From positions 10,044,001 to 10,108,000 of the forward strand of contig CDPCPM010000233.1 of assembly GCA_976551045.1 (NCBI GenBank): a stretch of 64,000 nucleotides of DNA, read 5' to 3'. The number at the start of each line of letters is the position of its first letter. Position 1 is the stretch's first letter. The DNA comes from Glaucostegus cemiculus (taxonomy: Eukaryota). Positions 1 through 12,280 of this stretch are shown one piece after another. The notes under the pieces are model-generated. The model did no database searches and was not told where the DNA came from. It saw only the letters and a list, made by a program, of their open reading frames with translations. A program made the position numbers and the translations under genes.

Positions 1-19
1 ACAAACAGAAATGTGAGAG

Positions 20-135
20 ATAAGAGTGCAGATGTTGGAATCTGGAGCAACAATCTGCTGGAGGAACTTGGGGGGGGGGGGGTCAAGCAGCAGAAAGGAA
101 CTGTGGATGTTTTGGGTTGAGACTGCATCAGGAGG
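20..135 (-). mobile_element. Penelope-type terminal repeat fragment with decayed hammerhead motif
   Basis: GCAGATGTTGGAATCTGGAGCAA...GAGGAACT matches the copy at 36261; minus strand has CCTGATGCAGTCTCAACCCAAAACATC. Confidence 0.6.
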
Positions 136-190
136 GTGATGAGACACAGAAATGAGAGGTTTCGCATCCCATTTGCTGTCTGTGGAATAT

Positions 191-290
191 TGGTTTTGGT
201 TTATTATTGTCACATGTACAGAGATACAGTGAAAAGCTTTTGTTTGCATGCCACCCAAGTCAGATCATGCCAGTCTTAAGTACATTGAGG
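191..290 (-). mobile_element. Rex1/Babar-like LINE 3' tail
   Basis: TGGTTTTATTATTGTCACATGTAC..GATACAGTGAAAAGCTTT, shared with the copies at 14391, 42640 and 47233. Confidence 0.7.
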
Positions 291-1839
291 ATACCTTGTG
301 TAAATTGGTATGCAAGACTTCCTTTCATATCATAGCTTTTAACAAGCACAGCAACATAATAATTAAACAACAATTTTGACAAGTACCATTAAATGGAAAT
401 GGAATTCTCAGAGGTTTCATCACTTTTACAGTTAGAGCTGTATTGCAACATTACAATTTCTGTGTTCTAATTTATTGCAGATAAAACTTTAACCTCTCTC
501 ATTGTACAAGTGGGGTTAACACCATCCATGCATTTGAGAAAACGCATTATCAGCCATTGTTCCATTTTAAGTGAAAGTATGTTATCCATAAAATCTTGTG
601 ATTAGAACATGAATTAATTAGCAGGTCTTGGTGCTGCAATGACACCATCTGTCTCAGCTGGACAGTATGCATGCAACTAGCTACTCAATACATCTGGAGG
701 AGATTTCCATGTACACCAATTGCCAGAGTTCAGGGTTATTAACCTTCTCTAGTGAAGCTCAGTGGATTATCCTATTGGCAAGAATTAACAGCTATTTTTA
801 CAATGATTAAGCAATGGAGATCAGCATAATGAAAAAGGAATCTTGATATAAAATTTTAATTACTGCTGTGCAGTTCCAGACTTCTAAGAAGCTTAACTTT
901 TCAGCTGTGGGGATAGAAATAATTTGCATGAAATTAAATCAAGTCAAGAATTTTAGCCTTTGGGTAATATCAACTAATGAATCTAATATGATCCTTACTT
1001 GATATGCAGTTCTGTTTCTGCTACCAAATAGCCCAGCCCCTTGGAAAATAAAGATTCCTTTGTAGCTATTTAATTTCCTAATCATCTGTTATTCATCCTC
1101 ACAGTCAAGATTATTACTTTATTATCAGTGTCTGCTGTAAATTTATAGCTTTATTTGGTATTTTTATGAAAAGACATTATTTCCAATAAGTTAAAATGAA
1201 GTGATTTCCTCGTCTTAAAAAAAGCAATTTGCTTTGCTCCTGAGTGCAGTGAAGATCAGTGCATTCTTGCTGGATGGACAGGCCCCATTTTAAAACCCAC
1301 CTCTGCTTTGATTGACCCTATCAGACACTTTCATTCTGTCCTCATCCTAATCATCTTGTCAACTGCAGCTCAGTCTGACAAGCAAAATGGAACCTGCTCT
1401 AAAGGAAAGAGAAAGGTCCCTGAACTCCCTCTCAATGCACAGCTCTGTTCAAGGTAATGGAAGTGGTTATCCACTGAGGATTGGGCTGCTGATCTTAAAG
1501 ACAGGAGGAAAGAGCAAGTGTGCTAAGAATAACAGAAGGAGTGTAGCTGTGGATTTTACATATTTAATAAATAGAAACCATTTTCTTCCCTCAGTACCAC
1601 AGAAATATTTGTTTATCAAGTTGAAAAGTAAATGTTTGGCAAAGCTTTACAAATGAAAGTGCTGAATATGACATTGGTTGATTTTGACAGTTCTGTATTG
1701 CTAATAAAGTGGTGGTATGTCACAAATGGAAAGACTGAGGACTAGAAATTGTATCACATAGCAGTACTCAATTTAAAAAGCTGCAAAGAAGACTTGTGGA
1801 TTTACTGCCAGTTCCATGTAGTGTGCCTTCTGGGCCCTC

Positions 1840-1924
1840 TCTTTATTTGATGGGCTAACATTTTGAGTGGAGCCCAGATCCACTCTTGGAACTCCACTCA
1901 ATATGTTAGCCCATCAAATCAAGA
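1840..1924. other. Near-perfect hairpin (28-bp arms, 1 mismatch, 19-nt loop)
   Basis: 1845-1872 ATTTGATGGGCTAACATTTTGAGTGGAG is the reverse complement of 1892-1919 except at one base; four more base pairs at the base of the stem. Confidence 0.9.
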
Positions 1925-2197
1925 TGCACCCTTGGAGCATCATTGTGATTCTGAACTGCACATGAAAGACCAGCAGAAATAAATCTTCATTCTGCTTGTG
2001 AGGTCTGTTTAGATGTGACTTAAAAGGGAGCTTGTTTGTGCATATCCCAACTCAGGGAGTCCTATACCAAGGCCTCAGGTGCCCTAATGTGGATGTATGT
2101 CACTATTTTAAATGAAACTTTGATATTTATCACTCAACCAGAATCACTTAAAAACAAATGATGTATATTGACTAACCACAGCTGAGAGGATACCACA

Positions 2198-2300
2198 ATG
2201 CACAAATTGCCTGACTGTTCCCTATATTCTATTAGTGACTACACTTCCAGAAGTGCTGTGGGGCATCCTGAGGCCATCAAACATGGTACAGTATACCATT
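2198..2300 (+). mobile_element. Deu-domain SINE 3' tail relic
   Basis: GCACAAATTGCCTG...AGTGACTACACTTCCAGAAGT...GGGCATCCTGAGGCC resembles the SacSINE1/AmnSINE-type tail (recalled consensus). Confidence 0.55.
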
Positions 2301-2303
2301 TAG

Positions 2304-2772
2304 GCAAAGAGAGGAAAGGCCTACAGTGGGTGATTGACACGGCACGGAAGATCACAGGGGTGCGCCTACCCGCATTGGCGGACATTTATGAGTCCTGGTG
2401 TCTGAACAAGGCTACAAACATCATTAAGGACTCTTCCCACCCGGCCCATCACCTCTTCAGTCTGCTCCTCTCAAAGAAACGCTTCAGGACATTCCACACA
2501 TCCATGACCAGATTGAGGAATAGTTTCTTTCCCAATGCCGTGAAAATCTTAAACAAGGACTTTAAATTTCACACATTGCACTAGTTCTTTCTCGCTTCTT
2601 CTCTCTCTCCCTCTAATACATCAAGTAAACCCTACAGTGTAAACTCTAACTTATTTTATTCTCTATTTATTTAATATTTAAGTATTGTGCCTATTGTCTG
2701 ACATGGGAGTGCCAATGAAATCTCGTTGTTCTGTTGTCTCAACGGCTCGATGACAATAAAGCAATCTTGAAT
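2304..2772 (+). mobile_element. 5'-truncated Rex1/Babar-like LINE (C-terminal coding region plus 3' UTR)
   Basis: LQWVIDTARKITG...IIKDSSHPAHHLFSLLLSKKRFR...TRLRNSFFPNAVKILN; ends GACAATAAAGCAATCTTGA. Confidence 0.85.
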
Positions 2773-4384
2773 TTCTTTATTTAGCCTTGATGTGAGTGGA
2801 ATGGTGCCTGTCACTTTTTAAAGGTTAAAAGAAGTTTTGGTGAGGGTTTTGTTTGCTTCAGCCTTGTTTCAAAAAATTACAACTGTACTTTTAAGAGTTC
2901 AAATATAATTGTAAAAACAATATATTTTCCTTCTAGTGAAAAGTTGGGCTGAATTCCCTTCATTATGTGGGCTTTTCACCAACCATGTTCAGTGCTTGTC
3001 ACCAACCCTTCAAATTTTCGAAGAGCACAAACAGAATGTGAGTGGGTTTGGCAGGAGCTCTCTCAATGGTATTTGTACAGCTCTCCATTGCATATGGTAT
3101 TCTCCAAGAACTTTGTTCAGCTCTGCTGTTTTCTGCCCTCTCTCCTTGTTTGGAAGGAATCTGATCAAATAAAGTGATTAAATCTCAGCAGATTTTTTAA
3201 TTGTAATGAAATTATATTGAAGTCCAAACCCATTTTAGCCTACATACCCAATGGGAGAGATTGTCAGAAATTCAAATGCTGCCACCTCCACATCATCCTC
3301 CCTGCAGCAGAAGGTAGCTCTGCACAGACAATGCATCAAATCTGTGTTGGCTCAGAGAGAGATTTCCTCTGAGAACTTTGGATGGCATCAAAGAAAAAAT
3401 TAATTGTATTGCAGTGGCCTCTGGAAGCTTATTAAAAGATACATTATTGAAGTATTTCTAGCTTTATTTCATCTCCCATTTCTAAATTCCAGGGTCTTAC
3501 TTCATAGAAGATACATTCTCCCTTTGGAATGCAAGAAGTTGTTTCAAAGTTGACTGACGTGTTGGATTGGGGTGGTGTTTGTGGCCACGTTAGGATTCAG
3601 TGGTTTACTTCTGGAAACCTGTGGCTCATGAACTCACTTTAGTCAGTGCACAAGATCATTGGAACTAATGTGTGTATTCAGCATTGAAGGGACTTCAGTT
3701 CATTTAAACATCAGCACCCTTGTGCAGGTTTGCTGCCTGTCTCGCTGAAGGAGCTGTTACCTGGTCCAGTTGGAGGTGTGGCATTACCAGGGGATTCCTG
3801 AAAAATCATGGAACAGTCCCCTTGAACTGACTTGATAGTGGTCCTACTGTTAGCATGCCTGGTGTCCTGAAGACGTACCAATATCCACCAGAGTGTGGAA
3901 AAATAACCCATCCTGGGTGTGTTTAACTACAATCACCCCCATGCCACCAACCCCAACAGTAGACTATTTCTTTTGGATTTACAGTCAAAATATACCAGAG
4001 AGTTAGAAATGTAGAAATAGACTAAAACCGAAATTTCCACTTTGATCAGAACTATTGCCTTATATCTTGAACCACTTTCGTTAGCAGGACTTAGTGTTAT
4101 AATTCATTTACTTTTTTATTTTTCCCTCGCCTGAAGTATCTGTAATGCTGATATATTAAGTTTCTTTTGATAGCCTTATGATAGATAATCAAGTTGAGGA
4201 CTACATTTTTAAGAATAATTTTCTCTCCAAAGCACTGACTTTAATATTCCAGCCTCCAGTACCTGGCACATTTGTCAATGTTGCCTCATCATTAGCATTC
4301 ATTCTTGAGGAGCCAAAACTTTCCAAGCCCCATTCCAAGAACATGAACATTCGATCTATGCTGAGCTTTCTGAGCTATTGCCTT

Positions 4385-4640
4385 TCAACGAAACATTAAA
4401 CCAAGGCTCCACTTGGTCTCTTAGGATATATGAGATCATGTCACGCTATGAGAAAAACAGCAAAGTACTGCTGGGTTCCTGGTATAGCACTTGCCCCTCA
4501 AGAACAGATTAGCTGGTAATTTTTCCCCTTCCAGGTGGGAGATTTGTGTACCAAAATAGCAGTGGCACTTCTATACCACATTTCTTCATTGGTTACTGCT
4601 CAGTTTGGGACATCCTGAGAACATACTGGTGTAAGCCTAG
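4385..4640 (+). mobile_element. Degenerate Deu-domain SINE
   Basis: ACATTAAACCAAGGCTCC...CCCCTCAAGAACAGATTAGCTGG...TTTGGGACATCCTGAG follows the order of the Deu domain and tail. Confidence 0.55.
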
Positions 4641-7600
4641 AAACAGGACCCATTTGCTCCAGATTATTATGTGTAAGATTCATTTTGAGGATGTTTTGCT
4701 ACAATTTTGCCATTTCCAGTGGTCATCCAGACCACCTTGAAACGGGCCCAGGTACTTTCAGTCGAAACTCAACAGAGTGTGAATGTCATTTCTATTGCTT
4801 CTGCCTGTCTGAGAGAAACTGGAGCAGGATCATGTGACCTACATTGTTAGCTCCTTGTGAAACACGGCACAAAGCATACGGAGGGTAAACAAGCAGACAT
4901 TATTAATGGGAGTAGTGCAGTTTTGATCTACGCTTGCCCGAGTTGAGCCTCTTTACATTTGAAAGATTATTGCTGGGTCTCATTGTGGGGGATGCTCACA
5001 ATCAATGCATGCAAGCTCGCCGTGACCTTCGCAGGCTCATGAGCCAATTCCTCATGGTGGCGAGTGGTTACTGCAGGCCAGCTGGAGGTAAAAATGATGG
5101 CAGGTGCTTGGAGGAGGTAGGACTAGAGCTTGTGGCAACAATTTCTGAATATATGTGAAAAGAAAAATGATTGTTTCTTATACATTCACCGATAAGTTAT
5201 TTTAACCATGAATTAAGTCAGTAGTTGGCCCTATGCGTGATATCCCATGCATTATGAAGTACAGAGGTGCTGGCTTTGGGGCATAAGGGAGATGGAAAAT
5301 TCATGACAAGTTCTAAACACAAAAGGCTAGAGCTGCAGCAATGGAGACTTGACACTTTATCCTCAGCTACCAGCTATGGTTCAGTATTAGTCAGGGATTT
5401 TCCAAGAGTCTCTGTATCGTTGACGCCCCTTCAGGTTCCTGTCTGCTCACCTGTTGATGTCCATTTCCTCTCTGTTCTTCTCTGGGTGACCTGCTCCTCT
5501 GGGAATTGTTTTAGTCTGGGCCTCAACTTTGACCCAACACTTTCTTCAACAGAATCCCATTTTATGTAGAAATTGCAACAGAGAACAGCCATTTCAGCTT
5601 ACATGGTGCTTCCATTTTTTTAAGCATAGCCAGTTACTTTGAAACATTGCCAGCTGACATACTTCAAATAATTTCTGGAGAGAGAGAGAAACAATAACAC
5701 AAGGAAACAACACCTTTAGGAAAGAAGGAGGCAAAAGAAAATTTGTGATTAATATATTGATAGTAAAAAAAGCTGAAAAACATTTAGTTACTATAATTTA
5801 TCTCCTGTATTGTTAAACCATTAATTACTTCATCTATCTTATGGGATGTGTAATACCTGCCAGGTATAAACTTCTTGTTGTTTATTGCAATTTCACCATC
5901 TGCAATAGAAAGCCTCCCAGCTTGAAATTTATTTTGCATCCATTTTCTGCTTCTTCCTGTCTTGAAGGCATTGACACTTAGTTGGAGCATGATGCCATTC
6001 TGTAAGAAGGAATGAACAACTGGAAGGATCAACAGAACCAGACTTACTTCCCAAAAGAAAATGTTGTTTAGTAAACGTAGATGGGACTCACAAACACCTT
6101 TTTCTTTATTATGTACACTTAACTGATAAAGATTAAAAAATTGTTCCTTTATATTTGCATGGCATTGAGTTATGTAGTTACTGAGCCTCTCCTATCATCA
6201 TACTTTTATAATTCAGGTCTCCTCAGGAACAGTAGGCATTTAAATAATTGAAGCACATCTTCAAAGATATGGGCAGGAAATAAGTTTGCAGTTTGTTTCC
6301 CTGGCATCATATTGTTTTGAATACCATTTGTTGAACTGAGTTGATGAGTAATATATCTCATGATGACTAATAAAAGATAACAGATCGGGGTTTCACGCTA
6401 ATAATAACTCAGCTGCTTCCTATCAAAGCCAGAGAAGATTGTAAAAGATGGAAGTGCCTGGGGAATTTTACAAGCTCATTTGTCATGCAGACTCAAAAAG
6501 GCTTGAAGACATTTGGAATGTCTTTCTACCTGGTGCAACCCAAAAATGTAAATTGAACATCAAGGCGCTGAAATTCTGGCATTGGTAGAGAACATGAAAA
6601 GCTGAGTTCTGTTTGGAAGGGATTGGAACTTGAAGCAAAACTAGTCCTCATGACAGCTAAAGAGAAAAAGAATCATTCAGAGAAGGAACTGAAGGCTGTT
6701 ATGAATATACTTTTGGAAAAAAATTGTTTCTTAAGACTTGCAGAATATTACAGATCATGCTCAAGCACCATCTTGCATTGCGAATGGTGATTTCTCATTT
6801 CTGTACAAAATTCACATGACTTAAGTTTCTTTTTACATAATTTTCCTGACCAGAGGTATTTTACATGAGTTCTAACCTGTCAGCACACAATGTTCGGAAT
6901 GCCTTAAACTGTGGACTTTATACTTAGAGCTTTTGCAACAGCTGAATTCAGTGTGTCCCTGGACATTGTATGGAAGACCACCAAGTTTCAGGCAGAACAG
7001 AGGATATTCTCCAATGAAATGATAAATCTTCCAATGGTAGTTGATGTTTGTCTCAGAGTGTATACCTGGGAATAGGTCATGAAGCACAGAATTCCATGGT
7101 AAACAATTGTTGGGGATGAACCTTGATAATGACCTTTGCATCTCTTTCCAGACCTACTTAGCAAACACAGAAGGATATGGATGATGAACTTATCCCCCTC
7201 ACAGCCACTGTAAAGGAAAAAATAATGGCCATTTACTCCCTTAGGAGATGGGGACAAATTTCTGGTTTTATATCTTTAGCTTTTGCCAGTCCCCTGAGCC
7301 CACAACAGAGTGGACATACCTGTACTGGTGCTTCAACTGAGGCAAGTTAATGGGAACAAGATGTTATGTCATTGTTTGCAAGCATTTCCATTGACAGAGT
7401 GCGGAGCCCAGAACTGTGGGTGTTTTACAAACATGAAAGCAATCTGTTTAATTAGTCCCTTCAATGTAATAAGTGACCAATGGTATTACACAGGAGCATT
7501 AACAAAAGAAGATTCAAAATAGTCACTATTATTTCAGGGGAAAACAAAACCGTCAATTGTCTAACTCTCACTGTCTAAAACAAAGGAGGAAATTACCAAG

Positions 7601-8289
7601 CACTTGGCAAAACAAACATTGTCGATCAAATTAAGTCATGCTAAACTGAACTCTCAGTATTCCTTTGAAGAAAATAATCTAAGGGTCCAAGGATAGAACT
7701 GCAGCAGAAATGGCTCTTATGTTCCTGGGTATTTACCTTATATGTGCATCTTATCTTCAGTGTCAAAGAATACTCTCATAAATGAGCGTCCCGTGCTGTT
7801 TTAACCAATCCTTTCTTTCCAATGTCAAGATTAATTTAACAGCTGCCTACCAAAAAGCCCTGGTGCTAAATTCTGATTTACAGGAAGTAACTATGTAGAG
7901 ATTGGATTGAACATATTTTTGGCGCACTAAAATCTGGCTGCTTTAAGACTAAACTCCAGTCAGGTCACCAACAAGATTTGCAAAACTGGCCAAAATTCAG
8001 TGGGAAATCAGTAGGATGTCAGCACTCAAAAAGGAGAACTAAAATGGGGCCCACAGTTTTTAGCACCAATGCGCCAAAAGAGCATTGAACTATGGAGGAC
8101 TGCACTCTCTGCGTACACAACACAGCAAACATTGCATCTACATTACAGTGTACTGTCTTCAGAAGCACCAGAGTGCAGGTAGAATGTCGTGCTCTCAGGG
8201 ATTCATACGGAATATTGACATTTCCTGGATGTAAATCTAAAAACGTCTAAATTCAGTCACAATATATTAAAAATATGTTACATTTTGGA

Positions 8290-8875
8290 ATAAGATGATG
8301 GTAAAGATACATTTGAAAGAGTACGAAAACAAAGAATATACTGATGAAGTTGTATAAGGCCCCAATTTGGCTGCATTCGAACTGCACAAAACAATGAAAG
8401 ATTATGGATTGATTGTAACGATGTCATAGATATGAAGGGTTATGATAATGAAGGAAGGCTGAAAGAAATTGTGCTTTTTCTTAGTGGAGCTGACAAGATT
8501 GATGGGTGACCTGATAAGTCTCTTCAGGATTAAGAATGGATATGGTGAAACAAATTGATTGCATTGGTTCACAGAATGGAAATGAGAGGGCATAAATTGA
8601 AGATAATTAGAAAAGGAATTAAAGGAGAGCTTAGCAAAAAAAATTTCTTTGCTCAGAGGTTGGCTTGAACTTGACTTCCTCTGCCACAAGCATTTGGTAA
8701 TACAGTGCTAACTAAAACTGAATATGATATTTGTTTGAAATAGGAAATATTAAAGGGTATGAAGAACAAGCTGAGGAGTGTCACTGAGCTCGGTAGCTGG
8801 CTCATCAACAAAAATGTCTTCAAGGAATTCTGGGTTGAATGGCCTAGCTTCATGCTGTAATGTTCTGTGATCTCT
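8290..8875 (+). mobile_element. Degenerate CR1 LINE 3' end
   Basis: GGTGACCTGATA...AGAGGGCATAAATTGAAGATAATT...TTCTTTGCTCAGAGG...GGGTTGAATGGCCT..TGCTGTAATGTTCTGTGAT. Confidence 0.7.
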
Positions 8876-9079
8876 ACTGATGTTAGTTACTGTACACAGA
8901 TTTTGAAAACATCAAGAGCTTTTTGTGTTGCTTTGACACAAACATTGGAGTGTATTGAAATAACACAGATTACAAAAGTAAAGAGGGTAATCTTCTTCCA
9001 CACCAAAAACATTAAACATCAGCTGGGTCTATTTCTATATCTTTTTTAGAATTGGTAAACTAAACCAAACAAAAGTATT

Positions 9080-10680
9080 CACATGATCAGAAGTAGATCA
9101 TTTAACATCTCAAACCTATTCATTGAGATCATCGGTGATATATGTGATACGTGACTTAATTTCATATACTTTCTGCCATATTCCCAAAAGCCTATGGTTA
9201 ACAGAAGCCCATCAATCTCTATCTAACATTAGTTACCATTTGCAAAAGATTTATCCCACTATGTTGTGTGTTCCTAATCTCTCACCTGAAAGGCTTGGTT
9301 GTAATTTTTAGACAGTGCCCTGGTCAGGCACGGTAGTGTTGTGGTTAGCATAATGCTTTACAGCACCAGCGACCCGGGTTCAATTCCAGCCACTGTCTGT
9401 AAGGAGTTTGTATGTTCTCCCCGTGTCTGCGTGGGTTTCCTCTGTGTGTGCTGGTTTCCTTCCACATTCCAAAGACGTACATCTTAAGAAGTTGTGGGCA
9501 TGCTATATTGGCAGTGGAAGCATGGCGACTCTTGTGGGCTGCCCCCAGAACACTCTACGCAAAAGATACATTTCACTGTGTTTCGATGTACATGTGACTA
9601 ATAAAGATATCTTATCTTATCCTAGACTCCCTGACCAGCAGAAATAGTTTTTCTTGTTTCACTCTTGTCGACCTTATCAGTCTGCCTTTTATTTTTAAAC
9701 CTCAATCAAATGATCCTTAACCTTTCAAGCAATGCAACTTTAATTTGTGTTATCCCTTCTTGCAATTTAAACCTTGGCAATCAAGTCTCATTCTACTAAG
9801 TTTGTACTGTAATTCCTCCAAAGCCAGTATGTCACCACATCTCTAGAGCTCTCATACCTCTAGATTTGGTTTAATTTAGCCTTTGTAAATTGTAGTGTAT
9901 CTTCAACCCCCTCATCTTCTAAATGTAAAGACCAATATTCCATTAGCTACCTTGATTATTTTCTGAGCCTATTCATGACCTTTTAATGAACTACATAAAA
10001 TGTTCCCCAAGCCTCTTGGATCTCCCCTTTTCCTGCTTTTCACCATTTAGAAATCATGCTATTTTAATCTTTTAAACTCAAAGATGGATAACTATCAGTT
10101 TTCACTGTGATCCCTTTATCATGGTTTTTGCCAATTTGTTTAAGCACATAGACAAAGCACAGCATAAATATAACCACTTGTATGGGACAATTTGACAGTT
10201 TGGAATGGTGGGTATGTTACTCTGGTCAAATTGATCCCGTTCCACTACTCTTTCCCTCCCTCTACCCCCCCCCCCCCCCCCCAAATATCCCTCCAGATCT
10301 TCCCTTCACAACTTTTTATCCAATTCCCTGTTAAAAGTCATTATTGAAAATGATTACACCACTTTCTCAGGCAATGCGTCCTAGATACAATAACATGCAC
10401 ATTAAAAAAAATCTTACACTTGCACTGACCCCTTCACCACCTCTACTTTGCCACTGAAAATACTTCCTTCTTAATTGGTTAACACCAAAACCTTTCACCA
10501 TCTTTGAACATCTCTACTAAATCTCCCCTTAAACTTCGCAGACAAGGAAAATAATCCCAGTTTCTTAGGCTTTGCCAGGTACTGAAATCCTAAATATTTG
10601 GTATCATTCTAATAAATTTCTTCTGCACTCTTTATCAATTTTTGCAAGTGTGTAATGCTCAGGTTTGGATATGAAAATCT
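9080..10680 (-). mobile_element. Highly decayed CR1 fragments (interrupted by the SINE at 9327)
   Basis: Pyrimidine-rich CR1-like motifs in reverse orientation; TGCCCTGGTC|CTAGACTCCC rejoins across the SINE. Confidence 0.5.
9327..9621 (+). mobile_element. tRNA-derived V-domain SINE, tail type A
   Basis: A/B-box head (GGTTAGC..GGGTTCAATTCC); V core GCGTGGGTTTCCTC..GGTTTCCTTCCACA; tail ending TTTCACTGTG..GTACATGTGACTAATAAAGAT(ATCTT)n. Confidence 0.9.
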
Positions 10681-11536
10681 AAACCATCCATTTAGGTGCT
10701 CAATTTCAAGGCTGCTGCCAGATTCAGTGGACAGGGTGTAATTTTGTTATGACTCACGTTGGGTAGAAACAAGAAGAAACATGAGCACTCGCAAGTGAGA
10801 GACCTGGTCACCCAACCAAAATTGGCTGTTTAACTGTGGAATCAAAGCAAGTAAAGAACACCAGGTGGGGAAAAAAAACTACTTATAACATACTTAAGGT
10901 ATTGATTCCTCTGAAACCCTTGCTCATTAGATTTCATAACCATTAGCAGTTAATTGACTTGAAATTATGTACCACTGTTTGCATTCAGTAAGCTTCACTT
11001 GGTAGCTCTTTGCCCATCTACAAAGTGTCAGTTCAGGTGTCAGAACTGTTGGTTTTATTGCTTCCAGCTGCATAATGATAAATGATAGAGTCCTTTTTTA
11101 AATTCAGCTCCAATTATTGCCATTTCTGTACAGAACTGCAGTAGAGCTTTACTTGCTGCCTGATTTCAACAAGAGGATTTGGGAGCTGTGGCAGTGGCAA
11201 GAAAGGAATTTTATTTTACAGGTGAGATGTTATTATTTTGCACTAAGAAAAAAAACATTAGGCTGTTGTTAAGTCAAATCATTTTCACAAGTTTAGCTTG
11301 TTAACAGTTCACATTTCAATCAGATGCCAAACTGCTTCATGTAATTTCTAGGTCACTAACCTTTCAGACAGTAAAACTAAATGGATTAAAGGGGATCAAT
11401 TATAAACTGTTGACTGCTAATTCATAAGTACATTACTTATTTATTACATAATTTGTGATGTATTTATGCTCCAAATGGCTCTGTCCCAGTATAAACAGAT
11501 GACCGACCTGAATAAAACTCAGGAGGGGTACAGAAT

Positions 11537-12280
11537 GTGGAGATGGATGGAAGGAGAGGGGGAGGAGAAGGGAGGGGCATTAGAAGTGGGGACGTATGGG
11601 GGGAGGGGGATTGGCTGTAGGGATGGACGAAGGGGGATCAGTGGTGGGGATGATGGAGGGGAATCAGCAGTGCAGATGGACGGAGGGTGATCAGTGGTGG
11701 GGACGGTGGAAGGGAAATGGGATCGGAGGTGGGGATGGATGGAAGGGGATTGGGGGTGGAAATGGACAGAGCGGGATCGGTGGTGGGGATGGTGGAAGGG
11801 GATTGGGGGTGGAAATGGACAGAGGGGGATCGGAGGTGGTGATGGATGGAAGGGGATTGGGGGTGGAAATGGACAGAGCGGGATCGGTGGTGAGGATGGT
11901 GGAAGGGGAATAGGATCGGAGGTGGGGATGGATAGATGGAGGGGGATCGGAGGTGGGGATGGATAGATAGAGGGGGATCAGAGGTTGGGATGGATGGAGA
12001 GGAAGGAGGATCAGAGGGATGGATGGGGGAGGGAGAGGGGATGGATGAATGGAGGGGGATCAGAGTTGGGAATGGAGAGGGGAGAGGGATAGAGGGGGAT
12101 CGGAGGTGGAGAGGGATCAAAGGTGGGGAGGGAAGGAAGGGGTCAGAGGTCGGGAGGAATGGAGGGGTCTGGAGAGAGACTGGAGGCAGAATGGAGGTAA
12201 GGGAGGATGGAGGGGGTCTGGAGATCTGGACGGGTGGAGTGGGAGGGATAACAGAGGTGGGGATGGATGGAGGGGGCTGG
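11537..12280 (+). repeat. G-rich degenerate minisatellite (~27-28 bp units)
   Basis: Recurrent GGGGATCGGAGGTGGGGATGGATGGA and GGGGATTGGGGGTGGAAATGGACAGA units; accounts for the Gly- and Pro-rich ORFs here. Confidence 0.85.

Noticed and set aside
2198-2584. 128-aa ORF as a host gene
   Set aside because: A chance fusion of a SINE tail relic (first ~35 codons) with a Rex1/Babar LINE C-terminus.
5000-5062. Minus-strand GCCACCATG Kozak-like start
   Set aside because: Leads to only a 17-codon ORF, with no good donor site or promoter context.
6872-7257. Overlapping 89-aa minus-strand ORFs downstream of a good acceptor site
   Set aside because: No recognisable domain or codon signature.
10745-10890. 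TGTTATGA...TTATAACA bounded segment as a solo LTR
   Set aside because: Flanks (ATTT/TACT) are not a TSD, there is no polyA signal, and there is no second copy in the window.
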